Source of the DNA: Octopus vulgaris | Taxonomy: Eukaryota | DNA: 64,000 nucleotides | Direction: 5' to 3' | Assembly: GCA_951406725.2 (NCBI GenBank) | Contig: OX597819.1 | Span: 73,160,001-73,224,000 of the forward strand | Shown here: one piece after another, positions 1 through 10,612 of the stretch | How positions within the stretch are numbered: the stretch's first letter is position 1 | Layout of the letters: the number at the start of each line of letters is the position of its first letter | Notes under the pieces: model-generated | What the model was told of the DNA's origin: nothing | What the model saw: the letters and a program-made list of their open reading frames with translations, nothing else | The model's database searches: none | Translations under genes and position numbers: made by a program

Positions 1-104
1 AGGAAACAGAGGAAAGTCCAAGAGAAAAGGAAGATGGAGGAACAAAATTGCCAACAATCCACATGTAGTTACACATGTGTGTGTTTGTGCGCGCATGCGC
101 GCAC

Positions 105-250
105 GTGGCTGTGTGGTAAGAAGCATGCTTCTCAACCACATAGTTCTGGGTTCGGCCCCATTGCGTGGCACCTTGGGCAAGTGTCTTCCACCTTGGTCTG
201 ACCAAAATCTTGTGAGTGGATTTTGCAAGACAGAAACTGAAAGAAACCTG
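105..250 (+). mobile_element. tRNA-derived SINE, family A (GTGGCTGTGTGGTAAG...GGTTC-GTCCCACTGCGTGGCACCTTGGGCAAGTG), followed by (TG)n
   Basis: A-box/B-box-like head; the same sequence recurs at ~8675-8810, 20880-21120, 21855-22000, 26158-26310, 48705-48860, 57775-57940 (+) and 11410-11845, 24845-25320, 25500-25895, 49030-49370, 51575-51720, 56445-56790 (-). Confidence 0.85.
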
Positions 251-313
<63 letters not shown>

Positions 314-332
314 TGTGTGTGTATGTATATAT
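251..332. repeat. (TG)n/(TA)n microsatellite
   Basis: direct reading. Confidence 0.97.
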
Positions 333-409
333 AAATTGAAAAGGGTTGCTTATTAGCAATTAGAACCTAAAGGCAAAATTAATAGAGCTCACAAAAGCGA
401 CAGACAATA

Positions 410-640
410 CTGACCAGCACCGCTTTTGCCAAAGATAAGAGTTAAAGAAACTCAAAGTCACAAAACCCTAGGTGTTAAGAGTCGCTGATGAGGATTAAGA
501 GGGTCTACATCAAAATCTGAAATTGTGATCCAGCTAGATACACTGGGGACTTACCTCCATTTTGTCAGTCATTAAGACAGTGTTTTTGTGGCTTTTGAGT
601 TGTTTTAACGCTTATTTTTAGCAAAAGTGGTGCTAGTCAG
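410..640. mobile_element. Fold-back element (arms ~410-466 / ~582-640) with a degenerate hammerhead-like core at 481-534; Penelope-like pLTR remnant
   Basis: CTGACCAGCACCGCTTTTGCCAAAGATAAG... is reverse-complementary to ...TTTTAGCAAAAGTGGTGCTAGTCAG; CTGATGA-GGATT..AATCT-GAAA..TC in the spacer. Confidence 0.5.
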
Positions 641-1136
641 TCCACTCTATCACTTGTTTGTGAGTGTGTGTGTGTGTGTGTTTGTACCCCCATCACCACT
701 TGACAACTGGCATTGGTATGTTTACATCCCCATAACTTAGCAGTTCAGCAAACAAGGCTAATAGAATAAGTACCATGCTTTTAAAAAATAAATTCTGGGG
801 TCAGTACATGGCCGCAGTCTAATGAGTGAAACAAGTAAAAGATAAAAGTTAAAAGATAAAAGATAAAAGATAAAAGATCAAAGATCAAAGATATAAACAC
901 ACACACACATGCAAACATGCACACACAAACGCACAGCACACACACAAATACACACACACACAAAAACACACAGACAAACACAGTCACTCGCACGCACACA
1001 AACACACACTCACTCATGCACACACAAACACACACACTCACACACATACACACACATACATACACACACACAAACCCATACACACACAAACACATACATA
1101 CACACACAATCTCATTAATATATTCTTTTATTTACA

Positions 1137-1490
1137 AGCAGAAGTAATGGGGGAGCATCATAACAATGAGTTGAGAGGAATTCTTTGGAGTTTGAATAAT
1201 TCCCCTCTGGAAACAGGGGTGTTTTGTCCAGTATCCTTAAACAACCCTTATTCGGGGACCTTTTGAGCAGGATGGGCTACTTGACTAGATGAAAATTCTA
1301 ACTGGGCCCCACCTGCAAGGTCATGCACTGTTTATCTTGATATGAGATCACTATGCCATTCACATATGGTTGTGATGCATGTGCCTGGAGTACCCTTATC
1401 AGATGGATAGTCATGATGGGTATACTGGGCTTTGTATATTTGTACCCCGGTGTCACTTTGATGGCATGCAGTGCTCTCTCATTCAATAAT
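1137..1490 (+). mobile_element. Family D ~550-bp interspersed repeat ending in (TAA)n, 5'-truncated copy
   Basis: homologous to 2631-3188 (+) and 45063-45625 (-); ends CTCTCTCATTCAATAATAAT. Confidence 0.8.
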
Positions 1491-1514
1491 AATAACAACA
1501 ACAAAAGTAACAAT

Positions 1515-1704
1515 CCGTTCTACTATGGCCGCAAGGCCTATAATTTTGAGTGGAGGGTGTGAATCGATTACACTGACTTGAATGCTCAGCTTGTACTTAT
1601 TTCATTGAAACCCAAAAGAATGACAGGCAAAATTGACTATGATGGAATTTGAACTCAGATTGCAAAGCTCAACAAAATTCCACAGAACATTTTGCTCAGT
1701 GAGC

Positions 1705-1760
<56 letters not shown>

Positions 1761-2610
1761 GTTTCATATTTAGGTATGAGGCCAGTAATTTTAGGGGACG
1801 ATGTAATTCAATTACATTGACTCCAGTACTCAACTAGTACTTGTTTTATCAACCCCAGAAGGATGAAAAACAAGATTGACCTTCATGGCATTTGAAAACA
1901 GAACATGAACAGTCATAAAAAATGCTAAGCATAATTTTTTCCAATGTGCTAATGATTCTGCTAAATCAGAGACTTATCATGATCATCATCATTCTTTAAT
2001 GTCCGCTTTACATGCTGGCATGGGTTGGATGGTTTGACTGAGGACTGGCAAGCCAGAAGGCTGTACTGGGCTCCAGTCTGATCAGACAATGTTTCTACAG
2101 CTGGATGCCCTTCCTAACACCAATCACTCCGAGAGTGTAGTGGGTGCTTTTTACATGCCACCAGCACAGGATCCAGTCGGGTAGCACTGGCAACGACCAC
2201 GCTCACCCAATAATAATACTCCTTTCTTCTACAAGCAAAAAGTCTGAAATTTGAGCGGAGGGTCGATTATATCGACCCTAGTGTGTAGCTGGTACTTATT
2301 TCATCAACCCTGAAAGGATGAAAGGCAAAGTTGACCTCGGCAGAATTTGAACACAAATCGTAAAGACAGACAAAATACCGCTTAGCCTTTTGCCCAGCAT
2401 GCTAACAATTCTGCCAGCCCTTCGCCTTAAATAATAATCTTTTCTACTATAGGCACAAGACCTGAAATTTGGGGGAGGGAAATAGTCGATTACATCGACC
2501 CCAGTACTCAACTGGTACATAATTTATTGACCCTGAAAAGATGAAAGGCAAAGTCGACCTCAGCAGAATTTCACCCGGTATGCTAATGATTCTGCCAGCT
2601 CACCACCTTT
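1515..2610 (-). mobile_element. Cluster of four MetaSINE-core tRNA SINEs (family B) around (TAA)n runs, with a nested family C SINE (~1985-2205)
   Basis: repeated reverse complement of GCCTTTCATCCTTTCGGGGTCGATAAA..AGTACCAG, matching the MetaSINE central domain, plus a GAGTTCAAATT B-box. Confidence 0.85.
1706..1759. repeat. (TAA)n microsatellite
   Basis: direct reading. Confidence 0.97.
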
Positions 2611-2630
2611 CTACCTTAAATAATAATAAT

Positions 2631-3188
2631 AAATGCCCTGATGCAGTACTAGGCAGTGGCCCTCATGGCTTCTGATCTTAACTGATTGGAAGTGTTATCA
2701 TGTACATTGTTTTGTCTTGGTATAAAAAATGGGCTACAGCAAATATTCTGCTCAATACCACAGATTTGCTTGTCAGTTGTTTGACCTTAACCAGTTGAGC
2801 ATGCTCTTTGGTGGCTGACGATATGTGCATCTTTGATCATGAGCAGAAGTAGTTGGAGAGCATCAAAGGAATTCTTTGGGGTTTGTATAACTAACCTCTG
2901 GAAACATAGGTGTCTCATTCAACGTCCTTAAACAACCCTTATTTAGGGACCTTTCAAGCAGCATGGGCTACTTGACCTTAAGAAAATTCAAACTGGGCCC
3001 CACCTGCAAAGTCATGTACTGTTTATTTTGATATGAGATGACCATGTCGCGCACATATGGTTGTGATGCATGTGCCTGGTGTACCTTTATCAGACAGGTC
3101 GTCATGATGGGTATATTGGGCTTTGTATATTTATACTCCAGTGTCACTTTGATGACATGTGCTGCTCTCTCGCTCAATATAATAATAA
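2631..3188 (+). mobile_element. Family D repeat, near full length, flanked on both sides by (TAA)n
   Basis: starts right after TAATAATAAT and ends in CAATATAATAATAA; homologous to the two other copies. Confidence 0.8.
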
Positions 3189-3347
3189 CCCTTTCTACTA
3201 TAGGCACAAAGCCTGAAATTTGGTGGGAGGGGGCTTGTCGATTATATCGATCCCCCCCACCCACTGTTCAATAGGTACTTATTTTACTGAACCCCAAAAT
3301 TTTGAAAGCAAAATTGACTTTGGCATAAATTGAAACCAGAATTTAAA

Positions 3348-3640
3348 TCATCATCATCATCATTTAACGTCTGCTTTCCATGCCTGCATGGGTTGGACAG
3401 TGTGATTGGAGTCTGGCAACCAGAAGGATGCACCAGGCTCCTATCTGATCTGGCAAAGTTTCTACAGCTGGATGCCCTTCCTAATGCCAACTACTCCAAG
3501 AGTGTAGTGGGTGCTTTTTACGTGCCACCAGCACAAGACCAGTCAGGCGGCACTGGCAACGATCATGTTCAAATGGTGCTTTTTATGTACCACTGACATG
3601 GGAGCCAATCAGACAGCATTGGCAATGATCCCACTCTGGC
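3348..3640 (-). mobile_element. Family C SINE with RTE-type 3' end and (GAT)n tail
   Basis: CATCATCAT-TTTAACGTC..CATGGGTTGGAC..TTTCTACAGCTGGATGCCCTTCCTAA; other copies at ~8842, 13505, 18215, 19150, 21330, 22410, 36890, 42215, 50585, 55960, 58190. Confidence 0.8.
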
Positions 3641-3697
3641 ATGCCAATAATTCTGCTACCACCACAATAGTAATGATAGACTCCCTAATCGATGCTT

Positions 3698-4010
3698 GGA
3701 AACCACATATTACTGTGGTAGATAAAGAAAAAAGGGAAAACAAGATTAAAGATATTGCAATACCTGGGGATGAATGTATAGGTGACAAAGAACTAGAAAA
3801 GATTGAAAAATACAAACTACTAAAAGATGAAATTACAAGAATGTGGACTATAAGGAGAGCATCTGACATTTCAGTAGTTGTAGTGGGGCCCAGGGCATTA
3901 ACAACCAAGTTCAAGAAATATGTCAGAGAAATCGGAATTGATATGAGAGCAGAGCAAGCCCAAAAAACTGCTCTGCTGGGGACAGCTTGATTTTGAGATT
4001 GGTACTTGGA
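3698..4010 (+). mobile_element. R4/Dong-clade non-LTR retrotransposon 3' fragment (restriction-like endonuclease domain)
   Basis: KPHITVVDKEK..IKDIAIPGD..EKIEKYKLLKDEI.RMW..VVVGPRA..QKTALLGTA is the RLE C-terminus. Confidence 0.85.
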
Positions 4011-4171
4011 TATTGAATGGCTCCTATGGTAATTAACCAAGTATCAAATCTTATAAAGTATAGAAAGAGACCCTGTGAGACCTCTAACAACAGGCTGCTG
4101 TCCTCTCTCACTGCATCAACCAGAGCAAACAAGACGGAATGTTCTGACAAGTAGAACAACAACAACAACAA

Positions 4172-4560
4172 CAGTGTTAATTGAGAAAGAAAGCAAACGA
4201 TACTGGATCATAGATATAGCATGCCCAGGTGACAACAAGGTATGTGATAATGAAGAAAGAAAAGTTGATAGATATGACAGGTTAGCTTGGGCAGTTAAGC
4301 AGTTGTGGTCACTAGAAAAGGTGGTAGTAGTACCAATAATTGTTGGAGCCCTTGGAACAGTGAGTAAAAATCTCGAGAAGTACATGAAACAAATAGGGGC
4401 TGCAATAAGGGTGGAGCACTTACAGAAAACAGCACTGCTTGGAACTGCTCAAATACTCTGGAAGGTGCTTGAAAAATAAGGGATGTTACCTTAGTTCACT
4501 GGTAGTGAACAGCTGACACTGTAGTACATTTCCAGCGTTAGAAGCTGTGCAAAGGCAATA
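4172..4560 (+). mobile_element. Second R4/Dong-clade RLE 3' fragment, ending in a (TAG)n(TAA)n tail
   Basis: IIDIACPGDNKV..KVDRYDRLAWAVKQLWSLEKVVVVPIIVGALGTV..LQKTALLGTAQILWKVL*. Confidence 0.88.
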
Positions 4561-4614
4561 AATAGTAGTAGTAGTAGTAGTAGTAGTAGTAAATAATAAT
4601 AATAATAATAATAA

Positions 4615-4940
4615 TTACAATATCTCTAGGAATGATAAACAAAAAGGTACAGAAACCTATTTGAAAATGATACCAGGCTTACCATCCTTACAGGAAGTGC
4701 AAAAAGTTGTGTTAACTGGAACGACCCACATACTGAGAAGAGCATTATCGCTGTGAAAACAACATCCATTCATGAATTTATTCATTTATTAATTTTTTGA
4801 TACATATTTTACCTGTGAATTTGTGTGTGTAATCTGGGAAAGCATACAATGAGCTTCTCTACCCTAGGTATACAGAAAACACTCAGTGAGAAATGGAAGA
4901 AATTTTGAAGACAGAAGGAAAAAAAAATAATAATAATAAT
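4615..4940 (+). mobile_element. Third, distinct R4/Dong-like 3' end fragment
   Basis: LGMINKKV..YLKMIPGLPSLQEVQKVVLTGTTHILRRALSL* followed by 3'UTR and A/(TAA)n tail. Confidence 0.7.
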
Positions 4941-5554
4941 GATGATGATTTCAAATTTGGCACAAGGCCAGCAATTTCTGAGGACAGGGTAAGTCGATTA
5001 CATTGACCTTAGTTCTCAACTGGTACTTGTTTTACCAACCCCAAAAGGCTTAGTTGACCTCAATGGAATTTGAACATAGAATGTAAAGATGGACAAAATG
5101 CCTTGAAGCATTTTTCCCAGCACAGTAACGATAACAACCTCAACAACAATGATAATAAATTTTTATTTATTTGCCACAAGGGCAACATATGACGAGGGAC
5201 ATTACAGCAATATCAACAATAAGGATAAATAAATAAACAGAATATTAATTGTGTTATCATGAGGCTTGATAATAACAAGTTTCAAAATATATTATTTATA
5301 ACGCATATATTCTGTAAAACAAGCAAGAAGGACAAAAGAAGAACAGAATAGAAAAATAAAAAGGAAACCACAATATAATAGAAGCATTTAAAAGTACATA
5401 TTTAGAAATAGCTAGTTTTTTTTTTTTTTGCTTGCTGTCTTTTTTCCTTTCCTTTCTTTCCTTCTTTCCTTTCTGAATATGGAATATTCAAGTAGTGAAT
5501 GTTGTGAAAGTATAAGAAAATTAAATAAATAATATTAAATGAAATTAAGTTATT

Positions 5555-5915
5555 GCTGCTACCATCACCACCACCATGATCATCACTTCCACCATCATCA
5601 TCTTCATCATCACCAACACAATCATCACCTCTACAACCTCCACCATTTTCAGCACCATCATCATTGCCTTCATTATAACTGTAATCATTATCAACACCAC
5701 CACTATCATCACTGTAACCATCACTATCACCACCACCTCCATCTTCAACACAATCATCACCGCCACCACCACCACCACTATGACCACCCCAAGGCCTCCT
5801 CCATCACCAGGAAAACAATGATGACCACCACCACCACCACCACCACACCAAGCAGCCTTATCAGCTTCCACTGCTACCAGCAGCAGCAGCAGTAGCAGCA
5901 ACATCAGCAGTAGCC
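5555..5915. repeat. Degenerate (CAC/CAT/CAG)n trinucleotide tract
   Basis: direct reading; produces the spurious poly-His/Thr ORFs. Confidence 0.9.
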
Positions 5916-6595
5916 ATGTCAGTCTCCTTTGTTAAAGGCTTAAATAGTGGAGTGTGTTTTTACTCCATTACTGACAGAAAAACACAAAATGAATTTTATT
6001 GATGACAATAATAATTAATTGTGGCATAGGCACACAAGATCACAATTTTGAAGAGGAGGAGTAAATCTGATTGAATTATCACCTGATACACAATTACTGT
6101 GTATTTCATAAAACCTGGAAGGATGAAATATAAAAATGACTCTGGTAGGATTTGAAATCAGAACTGTAGAAATGAGAAATAATCTTTTCTACTCTAGGCA
6201 CAATGCCCGAAATTAGATCGACTCCTGTAAGCAACTGGTACTTAATTTATCGACTCCGAAAGGATGAAAGGCAAAGTCAATCGCGGTAGAATTTGAACTC
6301 AGAACGTAAAGACAGCTGAAATAAGAATTATGAAATAATGTTAAGTACAGGTGTGTTGCCATTTCAAATAATGGTTTCTAATTAAGGCCCCAGATCAGCA
6401 AGTTTGTTTTTTGAAAAGGAGGGTTAGTCAATACCATAGACCTCAGTATGTGACTGGTACTTTATCCATTCCAGAGAGATGAAAAGAAAGAGTCGACCTA
6501 ATTGGAATTTGAACCAAGAATGTAAAGAGTTGGAAGAAATGCCCCTAAACACTTTGTCCAGTGTGTAGATGGTTCTGCCAATCAATAATAATAAT

Positions 6596-8203
6596 AACAA
6601 GAGCACTCAGAGAGCACAAACCTCTGCCAAGGCAACAGCAATGTCCTCTTAACCTTTAACGAGAGATTAAATAAAATCCTTCAATGAATATCATGAAAAT
6701 TTTTGGCTTTCTCTTCTCTTAAATTCCAGTCTTCCTTTAGTAATCATGTTGTTTTAGATCGATGTATAGAATTATGTATATATGTAAATATATTGTAAAA
6801 TTTTAAAATGTATGTATAATCTCCTAACATAATAATGAGCGTTGTCTTTATATATATATACAACAATCAGTTAGTTGTTGTCATAATAAAACTCAGAGTT
6901 TCGGATGTCTGGGATGAAGCCTGCTGAGATGCTGGAGCAGACTTAAGCCCTGACATCCGAAACTCCAAGTTTTATTATGACAACAACTGATTGTTATATA
7001 TTATATTTATAGATAAATTCCTCTATTTACATAATATCGAGGTCTCATTCATTATTTTGTTTTCATATTATTATTATTAATTTATATATATATATATATT
7101 TGTGTGTGTGTATATATATATAATAGAGCCAGAGTGAGAGGTGAAGGTAGACGAGATAAATGACAAAGAGAGCATCATATGAGTGAGAAAGAAAGGTGTG
7201 ATAAATGAATCACAAAGGAAGGTGTGAGAAAGCCGATGAATGGCGTTTGAAGTGTGAGTATATGTATGAAAGACAGGTATGTTTGCGTGCATGAGAGTGT
7301 GTGTGTACAATGGAAATGGGATGGTAATGTTCAGCGCAGAAAATGTGTGTGCATATGTGTATATGTGTGTACGTGTACAAGATAACTATGTGAAACTTTA
7401 CATATACATGTAAGGTAAAGAAAATATAAAAAATATTTCAGAATCCTTGTCCCATACTGGATTAATCCCCAAATCTAATCAGTTCATGCCAGTTACAAGG
7501 CCAAACATCCCTGAAAGTTTCACCCGCGTCCATCTAGTGGTTCTTGAGATATCTTGTCCACAGACAAACAAACAAACAAACAAACACGATTGAAAACAAT
7601 ACCTTCACCTTTGCTAAGGTAGAAGTAACAAGGGCACTCAGTGAGCACAAACCTCCACCAAGGCAACACCAACGCCCTATCAGTGATTAGCTGGAGAGGA
7701 TTTTTAAAATGAGAACATCTGAAATAAACTCGACTGCGTTCACAAACGAGAATACTAAAAATGAACCCGACTGATCTTAAAAATTAAGTGAAAAAAATGG
7801 AAAAATAATCCAGAATCCTTGTCCAGTACCTGATTGATCCAATGGTAGTCATGGAAAGTGAAGGTAGCTGTAGAAAATTTAGTAACAGTAATAAATGGTT
7901 CATCCTTATCTAATACAAGCCAAAGGTAACAAATTCACCATTCAAAATAGTTACAGCCTAAAGGGAGATAATTGAGAAAGACTTGAAAGTTAAAATAAGA
8001 TTGTAATCATGTAAATTAAATATAATAAATAATCCAGAATCTTTGTCCGGTACCAGATCAATCCCCAAATCTAAGTCACGAGGCAAAACATTCCTGAAAG
8101 TTTCATCCGAATCCATCCATTAGTTCTTGAGATATCTTGTCCATGAACAAACAAACAAATATGACTGAAAGCAATACCTCCACCTTCTCTAAGGCAGAGG
8201 TAA
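6596..8203 (+). mobile_element. Two head-to-tail non-autonomous Helentron-like (HINE) elements (6596-7628, 7627-8203)
   Basis: each starts AACAAG(A/G)GCACTCAG..AAACCTC(T/C)(G/A)CCAAGGC and ends (CAAA)n..AATACCT(C/T)CACCTT..CTAAGG(C/T)AG(A/G)(A/G)GTAA hairpin; reversed partial copy at 54286-54405. Confidence 0.6.
6862..6998. repeat. Short fold-back/palindrome (arms ~6874-6909 / ~6952-6988)
   Basis: GTTGTTGTCATAATAAAACTCAGAGTTTCGGATGTC vs GACATCCGAAACTCCAAGTTTTATTATGACAACAAC. Confidence 0.85.
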
Positions 8204-9189
8204 TAATCATTTAAAAAGCTTGAAACATGGGTGTTGAGGTGAGTTGATTACATCAACCCCTGTACTTGACTGGTACTGAAAGGATGAAAGGCAAAGTTGA
8301 CCTTGGCGGCATTTCAACTCACAATGTAAAGACAGACAAAAAGCTGCTAAGCATTTTCTCCAGCATGTAAAAACTTCAACCACCTCACTGCCTTACTACT
8401 ACTGCTGCTGCTGCTGTTAATAATAATAATAATAATAACAATAACAACAACAACATCATCATCATTTGACATTCATTTTCCATCCTGAAACCAGTTCAGA
8501 GTAGCTGTCGAAAAAAGATCACAGGTGGAGCCCCCATACCACCATTGAACACCATCCCATATTGGCCATCAGCTTCCCTATCCACCTTTGTTTGTCCCTT
8601 TTTCCATATGCATGGTACCCTGGTTTATGAAGGCCTCTCATCTTGAACAAATCAGTTTACAAACACATTCTTGAAACTTGCTTTCCAACCACATGGTTCT
8701 GGGTTCAGTCCCACTGCGTGGCACCTTGGGCATGTGTCTTCTACTATAGTCTTGGGCTGACCAAAGCCTTGTGAGTGGATTTGGTAGACAGAAACTGAAA
8801 GAAGCCTGTTGTGAATGTGTGTTTGTATATATATATATATATCATCATCATCATCATCATCATCATCGTTTAACCTCGTTTTCCATGCTATCACGGGTTG
8901 GATGGTTTGACCGGGGTCTGGGAAGCCAGGAGGCTGCACCAGGCTCCAGTTTGATCTGGCAGTGTTTCTACAGCTGGATGCCCTTCCTAAGTTCCTAACG
9001 CCAACCACTGGCACAGGTATCACAACTGCAATTTCCATTTGATATTTATTTTGATATTGATGTACTTCACTCAATAGGTCTCCTCAAGCACAGCAGGTCA
9101 CGTGCCACAGGCACAGAAGCCAGTTAAGGTGGCGCTGTCATCAGCCACATTCGGTTGGTGCTTTTTACATGCCGCTGGCACAGGTATCA

Positions 9190-10612
9190 CAACTACAATT
9201 TCCATTTGATATTTATTTTGATGTTGATGTTGATGTACTTGACTCAATAGGTCTCCTCAAGCACAGCAGGTCACCCTACGATCCAAGGTAAGCACAGCAG
9301 GTCGTTCTGCAATTCAAGGTACTTTGGATGGGCTTGGGCTATGCGAAACTGGTGCAGGAAGCAGCCATGAACTCACACTATTTGTCGGGTCTTTGCAGTC
9401 ACAGCATATCTCCAGAGATCTCGGTCCTTCGTCATTACCTCTGTGAGGCCCAACGTTCGAACGTCATGCTTGACTACCTCATCCCGTGTCTACCTCTGCC
9501 CCAGATACCTTCAACCGTTTGGGAGTGGCACTTCTTCACACATCTCTCCTCATCCATCTATAGTACATGACCATACCAGTGCAAATGTCTCTCTTGCACA
9601 CCACATCTGATGCTTCTTATGTCCAGCATTTCTCTCAGGGCACTTACACTCTGTCGTGTGTGCACACTGACATTACACATCCAGCGGATCATACTAGCTT
9701 CATTTCTTTCAAGCCTACGCATGTCCTTTGCAGTCACAGCCCATGTTTCACCACCGTGAAGCATTGCATGTTGCACACATGCATCATACAGTCTACCTTT
9801 TACTCTGAGCGAGAGACCCTTTGTCACCAGTAGGGGTAGGAGCTTTCTAAATTTTGCCCAGGCTATTCGTATTCTAGTGGTGACACTCTCTGAGCATCCA
9901 CCTCCACTACTAACTTGGTCACTTAGGTAGCGGAAACTCTCAACTACTTCTAGCTTCTCCCCTGGAGTGTGATGGAATCTGTTTTCTGAGTATCTGTGGT
10001 GTCTATTGCCCCTGTGCATCTGCTACACATGAAAGCTATCTTCTCGGTTAATTTTCCTTTGATGTTGCTGCACCTCTTATATGTCTATAGCTTACACTGG
10101 GTACATCTTATGGAGTTTCTACCTACACCTTTTCTACAGATCAAGCAGGGCCACCTGCCCGAGGGTGTGTGTGATGAGTTCGCCTTTCTGCTTACTATAA
10201 CTTTAGTCTTTGCTACTCTAAGGTCCTTTGATTCTAAACCTAGCTTCCACACCCAAAATTTCTTTTCTAGTTCCGGTAATGATTCTACTATGAGGGCCAG
10301 GTCATCAGCATAGAGGAGCTCCCAGGGGCAACCCGTCTTGAATTCCTCTGTTATTGCCCGGAGGACTATGAAAAGAAGGGGACTAAGGCTGAACCTTGGT
10401 GAACCCCTACTTCTACCCGGAATTCTTCACTATACTCATTGCCAATCCTAACCTTACTAACGGCCTCTTGGTATAGGGCCTGTACAGCCCTTATCAACCA
10501 TTTGTCAATCTCCAGTTTCTGCATTGCCCACGAGATAAGGGACTGGGGGAACCTGTCAAAGGCTTTCTCTAAGTCCACAAAAGCTAAGTAGAGGGTTTAT
10601 CTTTAGCTAGGT
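9190..10612 (-). mobile_element. RTE-clade LINE, 5'-truncated and decayed (RT C-half, PHD-like insert, 3'UTR)
   Basis: DLEKAFDR, VGVHQGSAL, LLYADDL, LEVVESFRYL..RIRIAWAKFRKLLPLL..KGRLYDACV..ETWA; stops and frameshifts present; 3' tail duplicated at ~9010-9100. Confidence 0.92.

Noticed and set aside
105-180. tRNA genes suggested by A/B-box-like motifs
   Set aside because: These are SINE heads; no complete cloverleaf and each continues into a SINE body
77-1147. CVCVCV / HTHTHT ORFs here and at 14.9-16.7, 23.4-27.1 and 36.3-37.7 kb
   Set aside because: Translations of (CA)n/(TG)n/(TA)n microsatellites, which lack stop codons; not genes
1298-3274. Similar hydrophobic 70-98 aa ORFs (..MMGILGFVYLY..) seen three times, suggesting a small membrane-protein family
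   Set aside because: All lie within family D repeat copies, and starts and stops are not conserved
5539-5904. Poly-His / poly-Thr / poly-Val ORFs (also 40871-41116, 43162-43431)
   Set aside because: Open in several frames on both strands because of CAC/CAT repeats; no splice or domain support
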